Positions 33,340 through 43,370 of a DNA stretch of 64,000 bases are shown piece by piece. The position numbers were made by a program, and so were the translations under genes. Under the pieces are notes generated by a model. That model was not told the DNA's origin and searched no databases. It was given only the letters and a program-made list of their open reading frames with translations. The stretch is from Acidobacteriota bacterium (GTDB lineage: Bacteria; Acidobacteriota; UBA890; WLXD01), in contig CAXWPH010000015.1 in the NCBI GenBank assembly GCA_963666055.2, positions 1,856,001 to 1,920,000 on the forward strand, written 5' to 3'. Positions within the stretch are counted from its first letter, which is position 1, and the number at the start of each line of letters is the position of its first letter.

Positions 33340-36294
33340 TCAGAACAACGGACCGAGGTAGAACTGAAAGTCCGGGCCGCCGAAGAAGTCCTTGCCGTTG
33401 GTGCGCTGCGCCCAGAAGAACCACAATGGTAGGCCCATCAGGTTGATGTTGAGCCCGACCCCGACCGAGCCCCGGGCATCCGCCAGACGGCCGTCCTCAA
33501 ACAGCTGGAAGTCGTCATCCCTGAACCACGCCCCACCGACGTCGGCAAAAATCAGGCCGCGAATGTTGCGCAGCGCCATCTGACCGCCACGCGCCTCGTA
33601 AATCAGCGGGAAGCGGTACTCCAGGTTCACCAGGAAAGCACGGTTGCCGGAGAAGCGCAGGTAGTCGTAGCCGCGTAACTGATTCAGGCCACCTATGAAG
33701 AAAACCGTCGGATGTTCCCCGAAGCTGCCCGAGCCCCAGAGCCGCACCGCGAGTTGGCTGTCCTTGGTCACCTGGAAATACTGCCTGATGTCGATCTCGG
33801 CGTTGTAGAACCTCAAGCTCCCGACCGCCGGCGATGTCTCGAATCCAATGCTGACCCGGCGTCCGGCATACGGCCCGTACTCCTTGAATCGGGCCTTGTC
33901 GCCGATGAACTTGACGCCGATCGGCATGTAGGTGCCGCTGTGGAAATTGTCGGCGAACGTCGACAGTGTTCCGCCGGTGCCCTCGAGCAGGAACGCCGAG
34001 GGTATATAGTCGCGGTCGTAGTACCCGACCGACAACTCGACGCGCCAGTCACGACTGAACGGGTAGTCGGCAAACAGCTCGCCGCCATCCAGTCCGAAGA
34101 TCGAGTTGCGATCGAGAGTGCCGTTCGCCGGGTCGAACGTGAAGAAGAACGATCGCTGGCTGGTTGCCAGCGCACCCCAGTTCCAGCGTTTCGACTGGTT
34201 TCGGTAGACACCCGTGTAGTTACGCTGACTCTGTATCGAGCCGAGAATCGCCGTAAAGCTGTGGTTGCCGAGCAGGTCCTGCATCTCGATGTACGTATTG
34301 GCGAGCACCGTGCCGCCAGCAATACCGCTGGAGTAACCGCCAGCGACCTGGATGCGGGAAATGTGCCAGCCGCCGCCGGTCGACTGGGTGCGGTTTTGAT
34401 CGCTAAGCTCGACGTCGGCGATCGCCGCCGCTTCCATCTCCAGCCGGTCGATCTCCTCGTCCGGCAGTGCCTCGTCCACGGCGACAAACTGCTCCACCGC
34501 CTCGGGTATCTCCATGGTGTAGAGCTCGTATGTTCCATCTCCGTAGTTGCTGAACAAGAGCCTGTTCGTGCCCGGCAGCTCCTGGGGGGAAAACGTGCCG
34601 TGGAGAATATTCGTGTACCGGTAGACGGTCTCGGACGCGAGCTCGATCGAGTACAGGTTGTGCTCGCCGGTGCGATCGGAGACGAAGTACACCCTCGAGC
34701 CGTCTTTCGAGAAGCTCGGCTGCGTGTCGTTATAGCGGCCGAACGTCAGCTGCACACGCTGCTGCGGCCGTGCCAGGTCGATCCGGAAGAGCTTCTTGGC
34801 GCCCAGTACATGCGAGGCGAACACGATGCTTCGACCGTCCGGTGACCAAACCGGCGCGTAATCGTAGAATTCATCCTGCGTCAGGTTGGCCAGTGTGTCG
34901 TTCGACGGGTCATACAGGTAGATGTCGCGTACGCCGTTGCGGTGGGCGCCGAAGACAATGCGGCCGTCCGGCCCGATGCTCGGTGAAAGTGCCTGATCAA
35001 GCTCGGTTTTGAACTTCTTGCTCACCTTGCCGTTCTCGGCATCGATCAAGAAAAGCGTGCGTGTCGGCGGGGTCCGGGCGAAGAACGCGATGGTGCTGCC
35101 GTCCGGCGACCATGACAGATCATTGCCCGCCTGGAAGCCGACAGTCACACCCTGACCGACAACGTACTCGAACTCTCCCTGATGCCCCCCGGTCAGGTTA
35201 CGTATGGGCCGGCCTGTGGCCAGGTCGAACGTAAAGGCTTCGATCTGCAGCGTTTTCTTGTTGAGGGTGATCGCCGCAAAACTGTCGCCATCGGGCGATA
35301 CCACTGGGCTGAACGCCAGCTGCCGGTCCTGGAAGGGTACGTCGCGCATCACGTTGTGTGCGAAATCAGGCGCCTCCTGGCGGTCGAGCACGTTCGGCAG
35401 ATAGCGCTCGCGCAGCCAGGCGCGAAAATCGTTGTTGAACTCCTGCGGCGTGATGTTGAAGGCACGCTCGAGATCGCGCTCCACATCCTGCCCGAGATCG
35501 CGCCGCAACTCTGCCAGGAAGATCCGCATTCCCTCCTCGCCGTACTCCGCCTCGATGTAGTGCCAGACGACCTCGCCGAGCACGTAATCGGTGAAGAAGC
35601 TGCGATTGTGGGTCATCTGGACGAGCGTCGGAATGTCGTCGGAGAGCACAACATCGCGCAGCATCATCTCGTCGAGCGATGTCAGGTCGTCCGATACGTA
35701 CTCGGCGAAGCCCTCCATCACCCAGCCCGGAGGCGACGCGCGCATCGCGGCACCGAGGCGATTGCCGAAGAAGTAGTCGAACTCGAACAGGTGGGTTACT
35801 TCATGGACGATGAGCTTGTGCAGCGCGTCGGGCGGATCATCCACCGGAAGCACCAGCCGATTCTCGGTGGGCTCAGCGAACGCCGCGACGCCTTCCGGCA
35901 GGAAGAACGGCAGGATGTGCGTCTGCTGAAAATCCTGGTGGGTCTGGTAGAAAATGATCGGCATCCGCTCCGACATTTGATGGTTCATCTTGCGGGCGAT
36001 GCGCTGGTACGCATCCTCGGCATACGCCACCACGTCGTCGAGATGCTGCTCTTCTTCGGGGTAGTAATAGACGTCGAAGTGAGGCGCCGTGTACTTCCAG
36101 AAGTCGAACGACTCGTAGGTGACCTTGTTTCTACCGAAGTAGCTGCTGTAGGGGGTGTTGATCATCTGTCCCGCGGCTTGCGGGGCCAGAACGACCAACA
36201 GGCCCAGGGCGAGCGCCGCAGTGACGGTGGCGCGCGCCACCGGCCGCGTCGCAGTGCTCGAGAGAACCTGGCTGTGGGCTTTCGGAGTAGGCAT
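33340..36294 (-). CDS. Gluzincin metallopeptidase + PD40 beta-propeller + Omp85/BamA-type barrel fusion
   Basis: Signal peptide; HEVTH...WVMEGFAEY; repeated P..SPDG blades; GGLNQLRGY, EYRFPL, FADVGGAW; terminal Phe. Confidence 0.85.
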   Translation of the reverse strand: MPTPKAHSQVLSSTATRPVARATVTAALALGLLVVLAPQAAGQMINTPYSSYFGRNKVTYESFDFWKYTAPHFDVYYYPEEEQHLDDVVAYAEDAYQRIARKMNHQMSERMPIIFYQTHQDFQQTHILPFFLPEGVAAFAEPTENRLVLPVDDPPDALHKLIVHEVTHLFEFDYFFGNRLGAAMRASPPGWVMEGFAEYVSDDLTSLDEMMLRDVVLSDDIPTLVQMTHNRSFFTDYVLGEVVWHYIEAEYGEEGMRIFLAELRRDLGQDVERDLERAFNITPQEFNNDFRAWLRERYLPNVLDRQEAPDFAHNVMRDVPFQDRQLAFSPVVSPDGDSFAAITLNKKTLQIEAFTFDLATGRPIRNLTGGHQGEFEYVVGQGVTVGFQAGNDLSWSPDGSTIAFFARTPPTRTLFLIDAENGKVSKKFKTELDQALSPSIGPDGRIVFGAHRNGVRDIYLYDPSNDTLANLTQDEFYDYAPVWSPDGRSIVFASHVLGAKKLFRIDLARPQQRVQLTFGRYNDTQPSFSKDGSRVYFVSDRTGEHNLYSIELASETVYRYTNILHGTFSPQELPGTNRLLFSNYGDGTYELYTMEIPEAVEQFVAVDEALPDEEIDRLEMEAAAIADVELSDQNRTQSTGGGWHISRIQVAGGYSSGIAGGTVLANTYIEMQDLLGNHSFTAILGSIQSQRNYTGVYRNQSKRWNWGALATSQRSFFFTFDPANGTLDRNSIFGLDGGELFADYPFSRDWRVELSVGYYDRDYIPSAFLLEGTGGTLSTFADNFHSGTYMPIGVKFIGDKARFKEYGPYAGRRVSIGFETSPAVGSLRFYNAEIDIRQYFQVTKDSQLAVRLWGSGSFGEHPTVFFIGGLNQLRGYDYLRFSGNRAFLVNLEYRFPLIYEARGGQMALRNIRGLIFADVGGAWFRDDDFQLFEDGRLADARGSVGVGLNINLMGLPLWFFWAQRTNGKDFFGGPDFQFYLGPLF

Positions 36295-36314
36295 GGCGAA
36301 GAGCCTCCCTGGGC

Positions 36315-37427
36315 TCAGTAGATCAAGTAGCGACTCTGCTCCGAGCGTCGCGGCGTGATGGCATCGAGGAGCTGAGGCAGCAGTTGCTCGAAGGCCTCGA
36401 AAACAGCGTCCGAATTCGAGACGGATTCGTCGGCGGGAAATGAAGTCTCGGCTTCGACCGTTCCCTCGAGGAGCCTGGAGCCATCCTCGCCGCGGAGCAC
36501 GAGATAGTCGTAGGTGAGCTTGTAGGCAACGTTGTCCTGGAACCGAGCGACTTCGCGTATCTCGCCGTCAGGGGAACGGATGCGCTCGCGCACCATCTCG
36601 GACCGGGGCTCGGTATTGAGGCCGATCGAGCCGGTGAGAATCAGATCTGCGCCGGCTTCCTCGGCACGCGCTACCCAGAAAGCAGCGTCGTCCAAGATGA
36701 CAGCGCTTCGGTGCGCTGGATCCAGCGGCTGCCCCAGCTGATCCTGTGTCTCGAAGAAGGTGCGCTGCGTAATGCGGCGGCGCAAGTATCGTACGGCAAC
36801 GTCGTTGAGGTTGGCCTCTGAATCGTCGCGCGGCACGAAGTTGCCGATGAGGATGCGACTATAGCCAGCCAGATTGGGGCCCTGATCCGGGACCGAGATC
36901 ATGATCTCCAGAAACCCGAGCGTCGTCGGAGCCCCTGGATACTCCTGACTAACGATCCCTGTAGGCTCTTCCGCTGACGGATCCTCGTCGGCCGCCGCCG
37001 CGTCATCGGCCATCTCAACGGTATCTATCCGTTCCCAGATCGGCAAGAACTGGCCGTGGTTGCGCAGCACGTAGAAGCGCTCGTCGGGCTCGGCCAGGCT
37101 CAGAGCTCTGTCGTAATACTCCTTGGCTACATCGAACTCGCCCGCGCGCTCGAAGCGCACCGCCAGATTGTTGAGGGCGCGGGTGTTCACGCTGGCGACG
37201 GCGAGTGCCTTTTGCCAGCGGAACTCGGCCTCTTCCCAGTACCCTTGATCGGCGGCCGTCGCCCCCGCACGCGTCTGGTTGCCGGGCCTCTCCACCGGCG
37301 TCATGGCACAGGACACGCCGATACCCAAGGAAAGAACCGTCGCAGCAACAGCAACCGCCGACGCGCTCGAGTCGCGACGCGTTGCGGCTGGACGCCGATT
37401 CCTACTGGTCTCGCGATAGGGAGACAT
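36315..37427 (-). CDS. TPR-containing lipoprotein
   Basis: GVSC lipobox-like motif; W.KAL...ALNNLAV..E..GEFD.A..YY.RAL TPR pattern; SD GGAGG. Confidence 0.8.
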   Translation of the reverse strand: MSPYRETSRNRRPAATRRDSSASAVAVAATVLSLGIGVSCAMTPVERPGNQTRAGATAADQGYWEEAEFRWQKALAVASVNTRALNNLAVRFERAGEFDVAKEYYDRALSLAEPDERFYVLRNHGQFLPIWERIDTVEMADDAAAADEDPSAEEPTGIVSQEYPGAPTTLGFLEIMISVPDQGPNLAGYSRILIGNFVPRDDSEANLNDVAVRYLRRRITQRTFFETQDQLGQPLDPAHRSAVILDDAAFWVARAEEAGADLILTGSIGLNTEPRSEMVRERIRSPDGEIREVARFQDNVAYKLTYDYLVLRGEDGSRLLEGTVEAETSFPADESVSNSDAVFEAFEQLLPQLLDAITPRRSEQSRYLIY

Positions 37428-37531
37428 AGGCCTCCAGCCTGTCGGACGAAGAGGGCGCAGGCAAGGCCGACTGCCATGCGGCGAGACGGCCTACCGAGGG
37501 GACCCGGGACATACTGGCGTGTTCGTCAGGA

Positions 37532-38554
37532 TTGAGTCTACTGATTTCAAGCTCGCGCTCGCAAGCGATGCCCGTGCCCGGCGGCACACCGAGCACCTCG
37601 CGCGCCGTCGGTCGATGGCCGTCCCCTGGTGTTGTGAACAGCACACCGCGGCACCGTGAGGCATCGAGGGTGGAGAGCCCGGCACCGCCGAACACGACGA
37701 CCATCCACCGAGGTAGCCGCTCCTATCCCGCGCTTCTCGGCACCATTCCCGATCCGCCCGGCCTGCTGCACGTGCAGGGGCGGCTCGCCAGTCGCCCGTG
37801 TATCGCGGTGGTCGGCTCGCGCGCCTGTACTGCCTACGGTCGCAATGTAGCCACACGCCTCGCGGCGGATCTGGCGCGAGCCGGCATGGTCGTGGTCTCT
37901 GGGCTTGCGCGCGGCATTGACGTCGCCGCGCACCGCGGATGTCTGGATGCAGGGGGCGTGACCATCGCCGTGCTTCCTGGCGGACTGCTTCCGGTGTGCC
38001 CGCGGCAGCACCGCGCGCTGGCACGCCGAATCGCCGCTTCCGGAGCGCTGGTGGCTGAGCACGAGCCCGGGACCAAGGTCGCACGCTGGCACTTTCCCAA
38101 GCGCAACCGGATCATCGCCGCGTTGTCATGGGCAACGGTGGTGGTGGAGGCAGCGACCCGCAGCGGGGCGCGCATTACGGCCAATCTGGCGCTCGAGTAC
38201 GGTCGAGAAGTGCTGGTCGTGCCAGGTCCGATTACCTCCGCGACCTCGGCGGGTTGCCACGCGCTGCTCGCCGACGGCGCCCACCCATGTACGGGCATGG
38301 CCGATATCCTCGACCATCTGCCGGCAACCGTGACCGCCGATCTGCAACCTCCGACGCCGCCTCCGCTGCCCGCTGCGCACGACACCCCAGCAGGCGCGTT
38401 GCTCGAGTTGCTGTGCCGCCGGGGGGAGCTCAGCACATCGAAAGTCGCGGAGCTGCTCGGATGGTCGTTGGTCGACACGTTGGCAACCATAACCAGCCTC
38501 GAGTTGCGTGGGATGGTCCGCATACGGCCGGGCAACAGAATCGAGTCCTGCTAG
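37532..38554 (+). CDS. dprA: DNA-processing protein DprA
   Basis: YP.LL..IPDPP, AVVGSR, VSGLARGID..AH, FPKRNRII, SGARITA; true start probably downstream (e.g. GTG 37670). Confidence 0.93.
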   Translation: MSLLISSSRSQAMPVPGGTPSTSRAVGRWPSPGVVNSTPRHREASRVESPAPPNTTTIHRGSRSYPALLGTIPDPPGLLHVQGRLASRPCIAVVGSRACTAYGRNVATRLAADLARAGMVVVSGLARGIDVAAHRGCLDAGGVTIAVLPGGLLPVCPRQHRALARRIAASGALVAEHEPGTKVARWHFPKRNRIIAALSWATVVVEAATRSGARITANLALEYGREVLVVPGPITSATSAGCHALLADGAHPCTGMADILDHLPATVTADLQPPTPPPLPAAHDTPAGALLELLCRRGELSTSKVAELLGWSLVDTLATITSLELRGMVRIRPGNRIESC

Positions 38555-38616
38555 ACTCAGCCGCCGCACGCATCCTCGTGCGCACTTCCTTCGGTGGGCT
38601 AGTATCAGAAACCGTC

Positions 38617-41259
38617 ATGACCACGCGCCTCGTTATCGTTGAATCGCCGACCAAGGCGAAGACTCTGTCGAAGTACCTCGGCCCGGAGTTCATCGTCGAG
38701 TCGAGCGTTGGCCATATCCGCGACTTGCCCGCCAACGCGGCGGAGATCCCCAAGCAGTACAAGGGAGAGTCCTGGGCGCGCCTCGGCGTTCAGGTCGACG
38801 ACGCGTTCAAGCCACTTTACGTCGTCCAGCCGGCGAAGAAGGCGACCATCGCCGAGCTCAAGCGTGCCCTCAAGGGAGCCGACGAACTGCTGCTCGCTAC
38901 CGATGAGGACCGCGAGGGCGAGGCGATCAGCTGGCACTTGATCGAGGTCCTCAAGCCCAAGGTCCCGGTGCGCCGCATGGTGTTCCACGAAATCACACGC
39001 CGTGCCGTACAGGCGGCGCTCGAGAACACCCGGGAGCTCAATTACAACCTGGTGGAAGCGCAGGAAGCGCGCCGCATCATCGACCGCCTCTACGGCTACT
39101 TGGTATCGCCGGTGCTGTGGCGCAAGGTCGCTCCGCGCCTCTCCGCCGGGCGCGTCCAGAGCGTCGCGATCCGCATGCTGGTGGAGCGCGAGCGCGCCCG
39201 GATGCGGTTCCGCGCCGCCGAATACTGGGACCTTACCGCCGAGTTCACAACCGGTGCCGGCGATACGTTTGACGGTCGACTCCAGACCCTCGAGGGCGCC
39301 CAGCTCGCTCGGAGTGCCAACTTCGATCCCGACACCGGCAAGCTGAAAGACGACGCCATCCGCATGCTGGATGCGCAAACAGCAGCGACGCTGGCCACGG
39401 AGCTCAAGAACGCTAGCTTCAGCATCGACGCGATGCACGAGCAGCCGTTCAAGCGGTCCCCGGCGCCGCCGTTTACCACCTCGACGCTGCAGCAGGAAGC
39501 CAACCGCAAGTTGCGCTTCCCCGCTCGCCGCACGATGCGCGCCGCACAGCGCCTCTACGAGAACGGCTTCATAACCTACATGCGGACCGACTCGGTGACG
39601 TTATCTAGCGAAGCGCTCGAGCAAACGCGTGCCAGCATCGCCGCTACGTACGGTCCCGAATTTCTGCCCGACGCGCCGCGCACCTATCGAAACAAGGTAA
39701 AGAACGCCCAGGAGGCCCACGAGGCCATACGTCCCGCCGGCCGCCGCATGGTGCCGGTCAATGAAGTGCGTTCGGCGCTGAGCGAGGACGAAGCGCGCCT
39801 CTACGACCTGATTTGGAAGCGGACGATGGCATCGCAGATGCCCGACTCCAAGGGACGCCGTATGACCGTCCACGTGACCGCCAGCGGCCCGCGAGACGCA
39901 CGATTCGTATCGCACGGCAGCGTTATCGACTTTCCTGGATTTCTGCGCGCCTATGTCGAGGGTCGTGCAGACCGCGAGGAGGCGCTCGCCGATCTCGACC
40001 GCCTCTTGCCACCGATGAATGTCGGCGAAGAAGTGCTCGCCACGCTCAGCACCGAGGACCATCACACCACACCGCGCCGCCGCCTTACCGAAGCAGGGCT
40101 AGTCAAAGCGCTCGAGGAATCTGGCATCGGGCGGCCGAGCACCTATGCCTCGATCATCGATACGATCGAGCGGCGCGAGTACACCTTCCACAAGGGCAAC
40201 GCGTTGGTGCCAACGTTCACCGCGTTTGCCGTGGTCAAGCTGATGCAGGAGCACCTCGGGCACCTCATCGACATCGATTTCACGGCGCGCATGGAAGATC
40301 GGCTCGACGGTATCTCACGCGGCGAGCACGAGCCGTTGCCGTATCTGAAGGAGTTCTATTTCGGCAACGGCATGCCCGGCCTGAAGTCGTTGATCGAGGA
40401 GAAGGTCGAGGAGATCGATCCTCGCCAGGTGTGCTCGATTCCGCTGGGCACTGATGACGCGGGCCGCGACATCGTGGTTCGCGTGGGGCGCTACGGGCCT
40501 TTCTTGCAGCGTGGCGATCTGACCGCCAACATCCCCGACAAGACCTGCCCGGACGAGCTCGTCGTGGAACGCGCCACCGAGCTCATCGACGAGGCCCAAA
40601 AGGGCGATGAGCCGATCGGGTCCCACCCCGAGTCTGGGCTCCCCGTATACGTAAAGCTGGGGCGCTACGGACCATACGTGCAGCTTGGCGACCCGGACCC
40701 CGACAGCACGACCAAGCCCAAGATGGTGTCGCTACTCAAGGGCATGTCGCCGCCCGAGGTCTCACTCGACATCGCCCTCGAGCTCCTGAAGTTGCCCAAG
40801 GTGGTCGGACAGGATGCTGATGGCGAGGACATCGTCGTCCACCTCGGCCGCTACGGCCCTTACATCAAGCGCGGCACCGATACCCGCAGCCTGACTGATG
40901 ACGATAGCGTGCTGAACCTACCGCTCCAGCGAGCGCTCGAGTTGTTGGCGCAGGAGAAGAGGCGCGGCCGCACCGCCGCCACCCAGATCAAGATCTTCGA
41001 GAATGTCGAGCAGCTGGGCGGCGCAAGCGTAAAGCTGCTCGCCGGTCGCTATGGACCCTACGTTACCGACGGCGAGATCAACGCATCCCTACCCAGGGAC
41101 ATGACCGAGCCGACCGAGCTGTCACTCGAGCAGGCCCTCGATCTGCTAGCACGACGTCGCGAGAGCGGACCGGTACGTCGGAAGAAGAAGAGTAAGAAGA
41201 AAGCGGCGCGGAAGGCCAAGAAAAAGACCAGCAAGAAGAAGGCGGCTAAGAAAGATTGA
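38617..41259 (+). CDS. topA: DNA topoisomerase I with Topo C-terminal repeats and Lys-rich tail
   Basis: LVIVESPTKAK, ATDEDREGE, SAGRVQS, ITYMRTDS, four GRYGP repeats, KKKSKKKAARK tail. Confidence 0.97.
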   Translation: MTTRLVIVESPTKAKTLSKYLGPEFIVESSVGHIRDLPANAAEIPKQYKGESWARLGVQVDDAFKPLYVVQPAKKATIAELKRALKGADELLLATDEDREGEAISWHLIEVLKPKVPVRRMVFHEITRRAVQAALENTRELNYNLVEAQEARRIIDRLYGYLVSPVLWRKVAPRLSAGRVQSVAIRMLVERERARMRFRAAEYWDLTAEFTTGAGDTFDGRLQTLEGAQLARSANFDPDTGKLKDDAIRMLDAQTAATLATELKNASFSIDAMHEQPFKRSPAPPFTTSTLQQEANRKLRFPARRTMRAAQRLYENGFITYMRTDSVTLSSEALEQTRASIAATYGPEFLPDAPRTYRNKVKNAQEAHEAIRPAGRRMVPVNEVRSALSEDEARLYDLIWKRTMASQMPDSKGRRMTVHVTASGPRDARFVSHGSVIDFPGFLRAYVEGRADREEALADLDRLLPPMNVGEEVLATLSTEDHHTTPRRRLTEAGLVKALEESGIGRPSTYASIIDTIERREYTFHKGNALVPTFTAFAVVKLMQEHLGHLIDIDFTARMEDRLDGISRGEHEPLPYLKEFYFGNGMPGLKSLIEEKVEEIDPRQVCSIPLGTDDAGRDIVVRVGRYGPFLQRGDLTANIPDKTCPDELVVERATELIDEAQKGDEPIGSHPESGLPVYVKLGRYGPYVQLGDPDPDSTTKPKMVSLLKGMSPPEVSLDIALELLKLPKVVGQDADGEDIVVHLGRYGPYIKRGTDTRSLTDDDSVLNLPLQRALELLAQEKRRGRTAATQIKIFENVEQLGGASVKLLAGRYGPYVTDGEINASLPRDMTEPTELSLEQALDLLARRRESGPVRRKKKSKKKAARKAKKKTSKKKAAKKD

Positions 41260-41313
41260 GCCCAGGCGTTGCGGTACCCCGCTCCCGAACTGCTCGGTCA
41301 TAGCTTCGAGCCG

Positions 41314-42678
41314 ATGAGCACTCATCCTGTGGTCACCGTCGTCGGCGGCGGCATGGCGGGGTCCGAGGCCGCCTGGCAGCTAGCTCTACGCGGCATCGGC
41401 GTACGCTTGCACGAGATGCGGCCCGGACGGTCGACGCCAGTGCACAAGAGCGAGTATCTCGCGGAAATGGTGTGCAGCAATTCCCTGCGGTCCGACGGGC
41501 TCGACAACGCCGTCGGTCTATTGCACGAGGAAATGCGCCGCCTGGGCTCGCTGTTCATGGCGGCCGCCGACCGCAACCGCGTGCCCGCCGGGAAGGCGCT
41601 GGCGGTCGATCGCTGGAAATTCGCCCAGGACATGACCGCCTCCCTGGAAGCAGCGAGCTCAGTAGAGATTATTCGCGAAGAGGTGCGCGAGATCCCCGAG
41701 GGACCGACGATCATAGCCACCGGCCCGCTGACATCGGAGGCCCTCAGCAAGTCGATAGAACGCTTCGCGGGCAGCGAGGATCTCTACTTCTACGACGCAG
41801 TATCACCCATCGTGCGCGCCGATTCCGTGGACACCGAACGGGCGTTTCTGGCCAGCCGCTACGACAAGGGTGGAGCCGACTACCTCAATTGCCCAATGAC
41901 CGAAGAGGAGTTCGATTGCTTCTATGAGGCTCTGATGGACGCTGATCTCGCCGAGTTACAGGCATTCGAGGAGGGGCTCTTCTTCGAAGGCTGCCTACCG
42001 ATCGAGGAACAGGGGCGGCGCGGCCGCAAGACGCTTCTGTTCGGCCCGATGAAACCGGTGGGGCTCATCGACCCGCGTACCGGGCGGCGCCCGTTCACTG
42101 TAGTCCAGCTTCGACAGGATGACTTGGCCGCCCAGCATTACTCTCTGGTCGGCTTCCAGACGCGCATGAAATGGGGCGAACAGGACCGTGTGCTGCGCCT
42201 TATTCCGGCGCTCGAGAACGCCGAGTTCGTACGCTTCGGTGTGGTGCACCGCAACACCTACATCAACGCGCCCCGGACGCTGGCCGAGACACTGCAAACG
42301 CGCGCCCGTGGTGACCTGTTCTTCGCCGGGCAGGTGGCAGGTACCGAGGGGTACGTCGAATCGGCGGCCGGTGGCCTGCTGGCGGGAATCTATTGCAGCA
42401 TGCTGCTGCTCGACGGCGAGATCGAGCCCGTACCCCGGAGCACGGCGCTGGGATCTTTGGCGTTTTATGTCAGCCACGCTAGCGCGGTAAACTATCAGCC
42501 GACGAACATAACCTTCGGCATCATGCCGGAGCTCGACGAGCCAACGCGTGGGCGCAGAAACCGTAAGCAGCGCCGTGAGGCACGCTCGCGCCGAGCGCTT
42601 GACGAGCTCGACAAGTGGATCAAGCGTGTCAGCGGCCGTTTGCGACTGTCGGCGGCCGCGCAGCAAGCTATCCACTGA
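41314..42678 (+). CDS. trmFO: tRNA (uracil-54) methyltransferase, FADH2/folate dependent
   Basis: GGGMAGSEAAWQ, EMVCSNS, FEGCLPIE, VGFQT, GYVESAA. Confidence 0.96.
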   Translation: MSTHPVVTVVGGGMAGSEAAWQLALRGIGVRLHEMRPGRSTPVHKSEYLAEMVCSNSLRSDGLDNAVGLLHEEMRRLGSLFMAAADRNRVPAGKALAVDRWKFAQDMTASLEAASSVEIIREEVREIPEGPTIIATGPLTSEALSKSIERFAGSEDLYFYDAVSPIVRADSVDTERAFLASRYDKGGADYLNCPMTEEEFDCFYEALMDADLAELQAFEEGLFFEGCLPIEEQGRRGRKTLLFGPMKPVGLIDPRTGRRPFTVVQLRQDDLAAQHYSLVGFQTRMKWGEQDRVLRLIPALENAEFVRFGVVHRNTYINAPRTLAETLQTRARGDLFFAGQVAGTEGYVESAAGGLLAGIYCSMLLLDGEIEPVPRSTALGSLAFYVSHASAVNYQPTNITFGIMPELDEPTRGRRNRKQRREARSRRALDELDKWIKRVSGRLRLSAAAQQAIH

Positions 42679-42683
42679 CGAGG

Positions 42684-43292
42684 ATGACGATGTCCACGAC
42701 CGTCCGCCCAGCCGTACTCATCTTCGCGGTGGGGGCGCTAGCGTTCTCTTTGGGGTATGTGGCCTTTCCGCACTCCGAGGACGAGCACTATCCAGGCTTC
42801 GCGAGCGACCTTTCCGGCCTGACACTGGATCCAGGCACTACCGCACCGGCGTTCGTCGTCAACTATCTTGATGGCTCTCCGCTGGCGTCGACTGACCTCA
42901 AGGGTAAGATCGTCGTAGTCGATTTCTGGGCGACCTGGTGCGCTCCCTGTCTGACCGAGATACCGCATTACAACAGCCTGCACGAGGAGTACGCGAACAG
43001 GGGCGTGGAAATGCTCGGCATCACCCTGCAATCCGGAAGCCAGGAGCAGGTGGGCGAGTGGATCTCCCGACCGGTCCGCGTCGGCACACAGGAATTCTCG
43101 CTCGACTACCCCGTAGTAATGGGCAACTCGGACGTCGAGGCGGCGTGGGGTCCGATTTACGGATTCCCGATGACCTATCTAGTCGACTCCGAGTGGAAGA
43201 TCCGCAAGAAATGGCTGGGGGCGGTGGCCAACAAGAGCGAGCAGCTCCGGTATCTGATCGACGAACTCATCGCTGAGCGCGCCGACGGTTAG
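42684..43292 (+). CDS. TlpA/ResA-like thiol-disulfide oxidoreductase
   Basis: N-terminal TM helix, DFWATWCAPC, GFPMTYLVD. Confidence 0.9.
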   Translation: MTMSTTVRPAVLIFAVGALAFSLGYVAFPHSEDEHYPGFASDLSGLTLDPGTTAPAFVVNYLDGSPLASTDLKGKIVVVDFWATWCAPCLTEIPHYNSLHEEYANRGVEMLGITLQSGSQEQVGEWISRPVRVGTQEFSLDYPVVMGNSDVEAAWGPIYGFPMTYLVDSEWKIRKKWLGAVANKSEQLRYLIDELIAERADG

Positions 43293-43370
43293 GCAGCGCA
43301 TGCCGGAGCAGGGTCGTATGGTGCAGTCGACCGCAACGGCGGCTGACCTGCCTGCGCCGCAGGATGACAC

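Noticed and set aside
38128-38616. 163-aa N-terminal extension of TopA
   Set aside because: Overlaps dprA in another frame; TopA homology begins at ATG 38617.
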